This document shows positions 51,796-64,000 of a DNA stretch of 64,000 nucleotides, piece after piece. The DNA comes from Lingula anatina (taxonomy: Eukaryota > Animalia > Brachiopoda), in the NCBI GenBank assembly GCA_051362555.1, contig CM120644.1, positions 17,382,534-17,446,533 of the forward strand, given 5' to 3'. The translations under genes and the position numbers were made by a program. The notes beneath the pieces are model-generated. The model was not told the DNA's origin. It saw nothing but the letters and a program-made list of their open reading frames with translations, and made no database searches. Position 1 is the stretch's first letter, and every line of letters begins with the position of its first letter.

Positions 51796-52390
51796 AAATT
51801 TTAAAAATTAATCTTTTCCAGAGAATCCTACACGCTCGGGAATCATCGCATACAGGGATGTGGGTACAGATATGACCAGGACTGGAGGTAGATATGGGGC
51901 AGTGGTCACATATTTTTATTTTAAACCGTATACATTTATTCATTGTCCAGTGTTTGCCTATCATGATAAAACATCACTAGCTCTCACATTATTTTTTGTC
52001 GTCGGTAGTCCTTCATCACAAAAAAAGAAAAAGAAAAAACTTTTTTACACCGTTGTATTATACTTACAGGACCCGCAAGACTTTAATAGAAAACTGATAG
52101 CTACCATGGATGTCGGCACACAGACAGATGACTGTAATTAGTGTTTAATTATTGTCCCTTTTCAATTTTAAAAGAATGTGCACACTTTCCCTTTTTCCCC
52201 ACCTTTCGTTTTTTCATTTTCAGTCTCATTTTCACTGACTGTTTGTCTGCTTGTCTATCTGTCTGTCTGTCTGTCAGTCCGTCTGATTGTGGTGTTGGCT
52301 CACTGTTAAAATACACTTTATCAATTGTAATGCAATTGAAGTATGACAGCACTGTTGTCCATTACTCATTGAGTCACGTCAGTTTCAGAG
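51668..52390 (+). pseudogene. TQT-microprotein family, copy 4 (frameshifted; would give 39 aa MADGQAASAVVNENPTRSGIIAYRDVGTDMTRTGGPARL)
   Basis: Exons 51668-51704 and 51822-51887 are intact. Exon B (from 52070) has a 1-nt T insertion giving TAA at 52084-52086, while the DVGTQTDD codons remain downstream. Confidence 0.55.
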
Positions 52391-55300
52391 AATTCTGGAC
52401 ATGGGGGTCAGACTGAACAAGCAGTCCACTCAAGTAATTGTACCAGAGGCCGAACACCCTGTGGCCCGTGTGGCCCCACTTACCAGTGTGATCAAGTGTG
52501 ACCATAGTCTGGACACGGATGACAACACCAGGAAGATAAATAGAACACTTGCTGTCTGTAATTTGCCATAGCGAACAACGCAATTATATAGTAACAGCTT
52601 CTAAACACTGCATATTGTAATTACAACACAAAGTTAATTTAATTTATTATTATAAATTATCATCTAACAATCTTAGGTATTCTGAATTATAGCTGCTATT
52701 GGAAAATGATACGTGAATCATTGTTTTTGGCGTATACCAAATTGTTGATAAAATTTCGGTCATACTGTTGATATAAGCAACTTTATGTTTTGGCAGTGCG
52801 TGATTCTTTCGTCTAATTTCTTTAAGAAAATTTGCAAGGGCCACATATTTAGATAAATAGTATTTCTAGACGTCTCCTAGTAATTGAAAAATTGCTTAAT
52901 ATTGTCTTTGTTATATGGGCTAGAAAATTGAAGGAATACCAGCATAGAAAATGTAACTTAATTGCTTTTTATAAATAAAGTTTGATATTCTAGAATTGCT
53001 CATGCCAAATTTGTCCAAAAGCTGTCAGTAACCCAAGTGCCATTTTTAGGCATTTTTGTTTTCTTTAACTTATGTTTCATTAATTTATTAATATTTTACA
53101 TAAAACTAGAAATGGTACTGAAATGGTCATACATGTACAGAGGCGGCCGGATCCAGCATTTTTTGAAGGGGGGGGGGGTCTGCGGATGCGAAGCAATCAA
53201 GCATCATGCAGGGCGGACGCTTAGTATGGATTTAATTTCTACGAGAAGTTTCATAAATTAAAAAACCTTATTTTATTCGACTTTTAATATGATATACTGT
53301 TTGGAGCAGAATGCTACTACCCAAAGCAAACATAACACTTCGTACTAAACGTCGTCCCTGCAAATTAACAAGCAGACAAACGTCGGATAGGAGGCAATCT
53401 TGGCGTGGGTGTGGGGCTGTATGTGTCGAACACGAAACGTGTCTCCGAGTAAGACGCTTCTGGAATCTTCGTAAACGGTACATAGAGTCACTGGAAATAA
53501 AGGAATAAATTCACATCCATAACATAATGTCTAAAGACGTTAGGTTATAATTAACAAATCGCAATTAAGCTTTGAAATTATACAAATATATACAGTGTAC
53601 ATATTAAAATTGACACCGCAATAGATATCGCGCTTAAATGATAGCATTTGTCTAGGAACGAGTGCACAGAAGATTGTTGATGTTTGACACCAAATCGAAC
53701 AGTAACCACTTTTTTGTTTGTAAGATTCCTGGCTATTTTGCTAATCGATATTTTTTAATTTTATAATTATCCTTGCAAGAAATCCAAAAATAAACACCAT
53801 ACATGGTAAATTGTGGGAAATTAGTGTTACCAGCTGTGTATTGAAAACATAACTTTTCTTAAGCAGCTTTTATTTATTTGGACTTTTCCTTTTATTCGCC
53901 CACTCGCACCGACTTTGGGTACCCCAGAGGATGTTGTCCATAAAAATAATAAATTTTCCCCAACCACCAAAAAGAATGCTGGCTCCCTATTAAATTTTCT
54001 GTTGTGAGCGAGCTATAGCGATTCTCAAATGACGCTATGTTTGCAGGTGCATGCGTTTATTGAATGCGTCCAAGAATGAACAGGGGATGACCCAAAACCT
54101 AACCAAGTTGTACGGATCAATAGATTATCCGTAACCCCGTTGCACCGATCAAGAGGACGCTTTTCTTTGCGTAAGGAGTATATTGTGGTGTATATGTGGT
54201 ATGCTGAATGGCTTTTGTTCCTTATCCGAAACTCACAAGTAACGAACATAAAGGCCCCGAACCCCAGGTCCTACCCGTTGTAAACGCGTGTAAACAAAAC
54301 ATCCCCAGATATGCACTGCATGACGTCACGCCTAGCCCACTGCGCATGCGTGCATTTTTAATGAGTTGCTAGATTGCCATAGGAAAATGAATGGGTTCGC
54401 GATTCGTGGGTAATTCGTGAGAATTGACAAACTAACGGCCTGATGCCGATAGACAGCAACGCTGTGCTATGCTTCAAGCAACTCCTGACCAAATATCGCT
54501 AGGGTTTTTAAAAAAATTCTGTTGTACACACGTACTAAGAAGTTTGCCGTATATTGCCCAGACTACCCTCAGCAAAACGCAAATATTTTCAGTAATAGTG
54601 ATTTTAGACGGTAGATTCACTCAGAAACAAAGGGAAATTAATTCGTTGCCGATAGCACCAGCTGATAGCAGTAACATACAGAGTCTGATTAAAAAATTTC
54701 ATGGCAATTGAAGATTTTTCACCACTGTACAATGGAGTCCAAAAAGAGCACTTGGCACAAATGTAAAACTGCCCAGTGCAAGGCCAAGAACTCAATCAGT
54801 ATTTTCAATCATATTATCAGATTCTACATAAATTGACCGACCATATCACTACTCAGTATTTAACTAATCTCTTAATCCAAAATTCCTATCATCGTTTAAT
54901 AATTATGCAAAATTCTTCTTTCAGATTGCCATTTATTTAATTTTTTAATGCTGCAGCTGTTCCAAAATAATCTTGTAGTAAACGAAAAATGCAAATAAGA
55001 AGTGGAAGACCAATTTTACCCAAGTATTCAATTATTTGAATATAAAAAGAATAAGATCACGATTTAAAAAATTTAAATAATCTTTCATGAACTCTTTCAT
55101 GAATAACATATTAAACAAAAATGAAAGTTATAAATCAGTGGTAATGGCTTATTCTGGAATATATGACCTCTGTACATCATCAGTACCTGACTTGATACAG
55201 TATAGTTACTACTTGGATACAGAGTTAGATTTAATAATGTAACAATAAGAAAAATATATATTATAATAATAAACTTCTCTGCACATATCAGACGCTTGTT

Positions 55301-55471
55301 ACCATGAACTAACACTACTTGACAATGGGCTGAGCACTTATCACAGATTCTTGTGCTGTGATTGGTTAGTTGAGTCACGTGAAGCCCTACTGTGGCGCCC
55401 TCGCGTATCGCGTAAATGCTGCACATTTCTGGCCATGAAACGAAACGAAACGTAGCCCTAAGCAGGATGAA

Positions 55472-55505
<34 letters not shown>

Positions 55506-55537
55506 ATTATACATATAATACATAATATCTTTTCCAG

Positions 55538-56071
55538 AGAATCCTAGACGCTCGGGAATCATCGCATACAGAGATGTTGGTACAGATATGACCAGGACTG
55601 GAGGTAGAAATGGTCACATATTTTTTAAACCGTATACATTTATTCATTGTCCAGTGTTTGCCTATCATGATAAAACAACACTAGCTCTCACATTAACTTC
55701 TGCCGTTGGCAGTCATTCATCACAAAAAATACAAACTTTTTCACACCGTTGTACTATACTTACAGGACCCACAAGACTGAATGGCAGACTACTAGCAACA
55801 ATCGATGTCGGCACACAGACAGATGACTGTAAGTATTAAATAATTGTCACTTTTCAATTTTAAAAGAATGTGCACACTGTCCCTATCTCTCTCCCCTTTC
55901 ATTTTTTCATTTTCAGTTTCTTTTTCACTGACTGTCTGTCTGCTTGTCTGTCTGTCAGTCCGTCTGATTGTGGTGTTGGCTCACTGTTAAAATACACTTT
56001 ATCAATTGTAATGCAATTGAAGTATGACAGCACTGTTGTCCATTACTCATTGAGTCACGTCAGTTTCAGAG
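55538..56071 (+). CDS. TQT-microprotein family, copy 5 (exons A, B and split stop intact; no adjacent ATG exon)
   Basis: 55538-55603 (NPRRSGIIAYRDVGTDMTRTG), 55766-55828 (GPTRLNGRLLATIDVGTQTDD) and 56070-56071. Confidence 0.45.
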
Positions 56072-59000
56072 AATACTGGACATGGGGGTCAGACTGAACA
56101 AGCAGTCCACTCAAGTGATTGTACCAGAGGCCGGACACCCTGTGGCCCGTGTGGCCCCACTAACCAGTGTGATCAAGTGTGATTACAGTCTGGACAAGGA
56201 TAACAACACCAGGAAGATAAATAGAACACTTGCTGTCTGTAATTTGCCATAGCGAACAACGCAATTATATAGTAACAGCTTCTAAACACTGCATATTGTA
56301 ATTACAACACAAAGTTAATTTAATTTATTATTATAAATTATCATCTAACAATCTTAGGTATTCAGAATTATAGCTGCTATTGGAAATTGATACGTGAATC
56401 ATTGTTTTTGGCGTATACCAAATTGTTGATAAAATTTCGGTCATACTGTTGATATAAGCAACTTTATGTTTTGGCAGTGCGTGATTCTTTCGTCTAATTT
56501 CTTTAAGAAAATTTGCAAGGGCCACATATTTAGATAAATAGTATTTCTAGACGTCTCTTAGTAATTGAAAAATTGCTTAATATTGACTTTGTTATATGGG
56601 GCTAGAAAATTGAAGGAATACCAGCATAGAAAATGTAACTTAATTGCTTTTTATAAATAAAGTTTGATATTCTAGTATTGCTCATGCCAAATTTGTCCAA
56701 AAGCTGTCAGTAACCCAAGTGCCATTTTTAGGCATTTTTGTTTTCTTTAACTTATGTTTCATTAATTTATTAATATTTTACATAAAACTAGAAATGGCAC
56801 TGAAATGGTCATACATGTACAGAGGCGGATCCAGCATTTTTTGAAGGGGGGGGGGGGGTCTGCGGATGCGAAGCAATCAAGCATCATGCAGGGCGGACGC
56901 TTAGTATGGATTTAATTTCTACGAGAAGTTTCATAAATTAAAAAACCTTATTTTATTCGACTTTTAATATGATATACTGTTTGGAGCAGAATGCTACTAC
57001 CCAAAGCAAACATAACACTTCGTACTAAACGTCGTCCCTGCAAATTAACAAGCAGACAAACGTCGGATAGGAGGCAATCTTGGCGTGGGTGTGGGGCTGT
57101 ATGTGTCGAACACGAAACGTGTCTCCGAGTAAGACGCTTCTGGAATCTTCGTAAACGGTACATAGAGTCACTGGAAATAAAGGAATAAATTCACATCCAT
57201 AACATAATGTCTAAAGACGTTAGGTTATAATTAACAAATCGCAATTAAGCTTTGAAATTATACAAATATATACAGTGTACATATTAAAATTGACACCGCA
57301 ATAGATATCGCGCTTAAATGATAGCATTTGTCTAGGAACGAGTGCACAGAAGATTGTTGATGTTTGACACCAAATCGAACAGTAACCACTTTTTTGTTTG
57401 TAAGATTCCTGGCTATTTTGCTAATCGATATTTTTTAATTTTATAATTATCCTTGCAAGAAATCCAAAAATAAACACCATACATGGTAAATTGTGGGAAA
57501 TTAGTGTTACCAGCTGTGTATTGAAAACATAACTTTTCTTAAGCAGCTTTTATTTATTTGGACTTTTCCTTTTATTCGCCCACTCGCACCGACTTTGGGT
57601 ACCCCAGAGGATGTTGTCCATAAAAATAATAAATTTTCCCCAACCACCAAAAAGAATGCTGGCTCCCTATTAAATTTTCTGTTGTGAGCGAGCTATAGCG
57701 ATTCTCAAATGACGCTATGTTTGCAGGTGCATGCGTTTATTGAATGCGTCCAAGAATGAACAGGGGATGACCCAAAACCTAACCAAGTTGTACGGATCAA
57801 TAGATTATCCGTAACCCCGTTGCACCGATCAAGAGGACGCTTTTCTTTGCGTAAGGAGTATATTGTGGTGTATATGTGGTATGCTGAATGGCTTTTGTTC
57901 CTTATCCGAAACTCACAAGTAACGAACATAAAGGCCCCGAACCCCAGGTCCTACCCGTTGTAAACGCGTGTAAACAAAACATCCCCAGATATGCACTGCA
58001 TGACGTCACGCCTAGCCCACTGCGCATGCGTGCATTTTTAATGAGTTGCTAGATTGCCATAGGAAAATGAATGGGTTCGCGATTCGTGGGTAATTCGTGA
58101 GAATTGACAAACTAACGGCCTGATGCCGATAGACAGCAACGCTGTGCTATGCTTCAAGCAACTCCTGACCAAATATCGCTAGGGTTTTTAAAAAAATTCT
58201 GTTGTACACACGTACTAAGAAGTTTGCCGTATATTGCCCAGACTACCCTCAGCAAAACGCAAATATTTTCAGTAATAGTGATTTTAGACGGTAGATTCAC
58301 TCAGAAACAAAGGGATATTAATTCGTTGCCGATAGCACCAGCTGATAGCAGTAACATACAGAGTCTGATTAAAAAATTTCATGGCAATTGAAGATTTTTC
58401 ACCACTGTACAATGGAGTCCAAAAAGAGCACTTGGCACAAATGTAAAACTGCCCAGTGCAAGGCCAAGAACTCAATCAGTATTTTCAATCATATTATCAG
58501 ATTCTACATAAATTGACCGACCATATCACTACTCAGTATTTAACTAATCTCTTAATCCAAAATTCCTATCATCGTTTAATAATTATGCAAAATTCTTCTT
58601 TCAGATTGCCATTTATTTAATTTTTTAATGCTGCAGCTGTTCCAAAATAATCTTGTAGTAAACGAAAAATGCAAATAAGAAGTGGAAGACCAATTTTACC
58701 CAAGTATTCAATTATTTGAATATAAAAAGAATAAGATCACGATTTAAAAAATTTAAATAATCTTTCATGAACTCTTTCATGAATAACATATTAAACAAAA
58801 ATGAAAGTTATAAATCAGTGGTAATGGCTTATTCTGGAATATATGACCTCTGTACATCATCAGTACCTGACTTGATACAGTATAGTTACTATTTGGATAC
58901 AGAGTTAGATTTAATAATGTAACAATAAGAAAAATATATATTATAATAATAAACTTCTCTGCACATATCAGACGCTTGTTACCATGAACTAACACTACTT

Positions 59001-59151
59001 GACAATGGGCTGAGCACTTATCACAGATTCTTGTGCTGTGATTGGTTAGTTGAGTCACGTGAAGCCCTACTGTGGCGCCCTCGCGTATCGCGTAAATGCT
59101 GCACATTTCTGGCCATGAAACGAAACGAAACGTAGCCCTAAGCAGGATGAA

Positions 59152-59185
<34 letters not shown>

Positions 59186-59217
59186 ATTATACATATAATA
59201 CATAATATCTTTTCCAG

Positions 59218-59751
59218 AGAATCCTAGACGCTCGGGAATCATCGCATACAGAGATGTTGGTACAGATATGACCAGGACTGGAGGTAGAAATGGTCACATA
59301 TTTTTTAAACCGTATACATTTATTCATTGTCCAGTGTTTGCCTATCATGATAAAACAACACTAGCTCTCACATTAACTTCTGCCGTTGGCAGTCATTCAT
59401 CACAAAAAATACAAACTTTTTCACACCGTTGTACTATACTTACAGGACCCACAAGACTGAATGGCAGACTACTAGCAACAATCGATGTCGGCACACAGAC
59501 AGATGACTGTAAGTATTAAATAATTGTCACTTTTCAATTTTAAAAGAATGTGCACACTGTCCCTATCTCTCTCCCCTTTCATTTTTTCATTTTCAGTTTC
59601 TTTTTCACTGACTGTCTGTCTGCTTGTCTGTCTGTCAGTCCGTCTGATTGTGGTGTTGGCTCACTGTTAAAATACACTTTATCAATTGTAATGCAATTGA
59701 AGTATGACAGCACTGTTGTCCATTACTCATTGAGTCACGTCAGTTTCAGAG
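59218..59751 (+). CDS. TQT-microprotein family, copy 6 (exons appear identical to copy 5)
   Basis: 59218-59283, 59446-59508 and 59750-59751, offset 3680 bp from copy 5. Confidence 0.45.
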
Positions 59752-61753
59752 AATACTGGACATGGGGGTCAGACTGAACAAGCAGTCCACTCAAGTGATT
59801 GTACCAGAGGCCGGACACCCTGTGGCCCGTGTGGCCCCACTAACCAGTGTGATCAAGTGTGATTACAGTCTGGACAAGGATAACAACACCAGGAAGATAA
59901 ATAGAACACTTGCTGTCTGTAATTTGCCATAGCGAACAACGCAATTATATAGTAACAGCTTCTAAACACTGCATATTGTAATTACAACACAAAGTTAATT
60001 TAATTTATTATTATAAATTATCATCTAACAATCTTAGGTATTCAGAATTATAGCTGCTATTGGAAATTGATACGTGAATCATTGTTTTTGGCGTATACCA
60101 AATTGTTGATAAAATTTCGGTCATACTGTTGATATAAGCAACTTTATGTTTTGGCAGTGCGTGATTCTTTCGTCTAATTTCTTTAAGAAAATTTGCAAGG
60201 GCCACATATTTAGATAAATAGTATTTCTAGACGTCTCTTAGTAATTGAAAAATTGCTTAATATTGACTTTGTTATATGGGGCTAGAAAATTGAAGGAATA
60301 CCAGCATAGAAAATGTAACTTAATTGCTTTTTATAAATAAAGTTTGATATTCTAGTATTGCTCATGCCAAATTTGTCCAAAAGCTGTCAGTAACCCAAGT
60401 GCCATTTTTAGGCATTTTTGTTTTCTTTAACTTATGTTTCATTAATTTATTAATATTTTACATAAAACTAGAAATGGCACTGAAATGGTCATACATGTAC
60501 AGAGGCGGATCCAGCATTTTTTGAAGGGGGGGGGGGGGGGGTCTGCGGATGCGAAGCAATCAAGCATCATGCAGGGCGGACGCTTAGTATGGATTTAATT
60601 TCTACGAGAAGTTTCGTAAATTAAAAAACCTTATTTTATTCGACTTTTAATATGATATACTGTTTGGAGCAGAATGCTACTACCCAAAGCAAACATAACA
60701 CTTCGTACTAAACGTCGTCCCTGCAAATTAACAAGCAGACAAACGTCGGATAGGAGGCAATCTTGGCGTGGGTGTGGGGCTGTATGTGTCGAACACGAAA
60801 CGTGTCTCCGAGTAAGACGCTTCTGGAATCTTCGTAAACGGTACATAGAGTCACTGGAAATAAAGGAATAAATTCACATCCATAACATAATGTCTAAAGA
60901 CGTTAGGTTATAATTAACAAATCGCAATTAAGCTTTGAAATTATACAAATATATACAGTGTACATATTAAAATTGACACCGCAATAGATATCGCGCTTAA
61001 ATGATAGCATTGTCTAGGAACGAGTGCACAGAAGATTGTTGATGTTTGACACCAAATCGAACAGTAACCACTTTTTTGTTTGTAAGATTCCTGGCTATTT
61101 TGCTAATCGATATTTTTTAATTTTATAATTATCCTTGCAAGAAATCCAAAAATAAACACCATACATGGTAAATTGTGGGAAATTAGTGTTACCAGCTGTG
61201 TATTGAAAACATAACTTTTCTTAAGCAGCTTTTATTTATTTGGACTTTTCCTTTTATTCGCCCACTCGCACCGACTTTGGGTACCCCAGAGGATGTTGTC
61301 CATAAAAATAATAAATTTTCCCCAACCACCAAAAAGAATGCTGGCTCCCTATTAAATTTTCTGTTGTGAGCGAGCTATAGCGATTCTCAAATGACGCTAT
61401 GTTTGCAGGTGCATGCGTTTATTGAATGCGTCCAAGAATGAACAGGGGATGACCCAAAACCTAACCAAGTTGTACGGATCAATAGATTATCCGTAACCCC
61501 GTTGCACCGATCAAGAGGACGCTTTTCTTTGCGTAAGGAGTATATTGTGGTGTATATGTGGTATGCTGAATGGCTTTTGTTCCTTATCCGAAACTCACAA
61601 GTAACGAACATAAAGGCCCCGAACCCCAGGTCCTACCCGTTGTAAACGCGTGTAAACAAAAAAACGAAACGAAACGTAGCCCTAAGCAGGATGAAGTTGA
61701 GAGAGAGAGAGAGAGAGAGAGAGATTAATTATACATTAATATATCTTTTCCAG

Positions 61754-62287
61754 AGAATCCTAGACGCTCGGGAATCATCGCATACAGAGATGTTGGTACA
61801 GATATGACCAGCACTGGAGGTAGAAATGGTCACATATTTTTTTAAACCGTATACATTTATTCATTGTCCAGTGTTTGCCTATCATGATAAAACAACACTA
61901 GCTCTCACATTATCTTTTGTCGTTGGCAGTCATTCATCACAAAAAATACAAACTTTTTCACACCGTTGTATTATACTTACAGGGCCCACAAGACTGAATG
62001 GAAGACTACTAGCAACCATGGATGTCGGCACACAGACAGATGAATGTAAGTATTAAATAATTGTCACTTTTCAATTTTAAAAGAATGTGCACACTGTCCC
62101 TATCCCCCCCCCTTTCATTTTTTCATTTTCAGTTTCTTTTTCACTGACTGTCTGTCTGCTTGTCTGTCTGTCAGTCCGTCTGATTGTGGTGTTGGCTCAC
62201 TGTTAAAATACACTTTATCAATTGTAATGCAATTGAAGTATGACAGCACTGTTGTCCATTACTCATTGAGTCACGTCAGTTTCAGAG
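61754..62287 (+). CDS. TQT-microprotein family, copy 7 (ends ..ATMDVGTQTDE)
   Basis: 61754-61819, 61983-62045 and 62286-62287. Splice sites are intact and there is no adjacent ATG exon. Confidence 0.45.
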
Positions 62288-64000
62288 AATACTGGACATG
62301 GGGGTCAGACTGAACAAGCAGTCCACTCAAGTGATTGTACCAGAGGCCGGACACCCTGTGGCCCGTGTGGCCCCACTAACCAGTGTGATCAAGTGTGATT
62401 ACAGTCTGGACAAGGATAACAACACCAGGAAGATAAATAGAACACTTGCTGTCTGTAATTTGCCATAGCGAACAACGCAATTATATAGTAACAGCTTCTA
62501 AACACTGCATATTGTAATTACAACACAAAGTTAATTTAATTTATTATTATAAATTATCATCTAACAATCTTAGGTATTCAGAATTATAGCTGCTATTGGA
62601 AATTGATACGTGAATCATTGTTTTTGGCGTATACCAAATTGTTGATAAAATTTCGGTCATACTGTTGATATAAGCAACTTTATGTTTTGGCAGTGCGTGA
62701 TTCTTTCGTCTAATTTCTTTAAGAAAATTTGCAAGGGCCACATATTTAGATAAATAGTATTTCTAGACGTCTCTTAGTAATTGAAAAATTGCTTAATATT
62801 GACTTTGTTATATGGGGCTAGAAAATTGAAGGAATACCAGCATAGAAAATGTAACTTAATTGCTTTTTATAAATAAAGTTTGATATTCTAGTATTGCTCA
62901 TGCCAAATTTGTCCAAAAGCTGTCAGTAACCCAAGTGCCATTTTTAGGCATTTTTGTTTTCTTTAACTTATGTTTCATTAATTTATTAATATTTTACATA
63001 AAACTAGAAATGGTACTGAAATGGTCATACATGTACAGAGGCGGATCCAGCATTTTTTGAAGGGGGGGGGGGGGGGGGGGGTCTGCGGATGCGAAACAAT
63101 CAAGCATCATGCAGGGCGGACGCTTAGTATGGATTTAATTTCTACGAGAAGTTTCATAAATTAAAAAACCTTATTTTATTCGACTTTTAATATGATATAC
63201 TGTTTGGAGCAGAATGCTACTACCCAAAGCAAACATAACACTTCGTACTAAACGTCGTCCCTGCAAATTAACAAGCAGACAAACGTCGGATAGGAGGCAA
63301 TCTTGGAGTGGGTGTGGGGCTGTATGTGTCGAACACGAAACGTGTCTCCGAGTAAGACGCTTCTGGAATCTTCGTAAACGGTACATAGAGTCACTGGAAA
63401 TAAAGGAATAAATTCACATCCATAACATAATGTCTAAAGACGTTAGGTTATAATTAACAAATCGCAATTAAGCTTTGAAATTATACAAATATATACAGTG
63501 TACATATTAAAATTGACACCGCAATAGATATCGCGCTTAAATGATAGCATTGTCTAGGAACGAGTGCACAGAAGATTGTTGATGTTTGACACCAAATCGA
63601 ACAGTAACCACTTTTTTGTTTGTAAGATTCCTGGCTATTTTGCTAATCGATATTTTTTAATTTTATAATTATCCTTGCAAGAAATCCAAAAATAAACACC
63701 ATACATGGTAAATTGTGGGAAATTAGTGTTACCAGCTGTGTATTGAAAACATAACTTTTCTTAAGCAGCTTTTATTTATTTGGACTTTTCCTTTTATTCG
63801 CCCACTCGCACCGACTTTGGGTACCCCAGAGGATGTTGTCCATAAAAATAATAAATTTTCCCCAACCACCAAAAAGAATGCTGGCTCCCTATTAAATTTT
63901 CTGTTGTGAGCGAGCTATAGCGATTCTCAAATGACGCTATGTTTGCAGGTGCATGCGTTTATTGAATGCGTCCAAGAATGAACAGGGGATGACCCAAAAC

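Larger units (their letters stand above)
39945..64000 (+). repeat. Tandem segmental array: at least 7 units, older diverged/rearranged units (~40-52 kb) and near-identical recent units (period 3680, 3683, 2540 bp); runs off the window end
   Basis: The same ORF-track peptides recur at 53268/56948/60631/63171, 46014/52650/56331/60011/62547 and 45264/55588/59268. Flank homology also extends to ~33190-34340 versus ~48440-49150. Confidence 0.95.

Noticed and set aside
53311-53508. Repeated 65-aa ORF MLLPKANITLRTKRR..
   Set aside because: Older paralogous copies (~42430, ~49160) contain a frameshift or a stop. The recurrence reflects recent duplication only.
35233-62287. GLCCI1/FAM117 ortholog (the next gene after UMAD1 in human as I recall, also a TQT-motif protein)
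   Set aside because: I found none of the family motifs (RRTSSLD, GQWP, DKATQTP), and the spliced product here is only ~55 aa.
39945-64000. CRISPR-like or rDNA/histone-type array
   Set aside because: There is no short repeat-spacer structure and no rRNA, snRNA or histone sequence. The units are kilobase-scale eukaryotic duplications.

Overview
AT-rich, intron-rich animal genomic DNA, most likely an invertebrate (the taxon cannot be fixed from sequence alone). The left half holds a small orphan single-pass membrane protein ORF (1189-1500, -), then MIOS (+, 24 coding exons, with one U12-type AT-AC intron and an intronic decayed Tc1 transposon), RPA3 (-) and UMAD1 (+). As I recall, this matches the order and orientation at human 7p21; RPA3 and UMAD1 share a compact bidirectional promoter. 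A CTCF-like site follows at ~29.6 kb. The right half (~40-64 kb) is a tandem array with diverged older units and near-identical ~3.68 kb recent units. The units carry small phase-1 exons that the ORF track misses. These splice into a ~55-aa microprotein ending in an LC8/DYNLL-type motif (DVGTQTD), with the stop codon split across an intron (T|AG) and several synonymous differences between copies. I do not recognise this family, and it is the best candidate for an undescribed system. Many short non-autonomous transposons are scattered throughout. All gene models were read by eye and are untested against transcripts.
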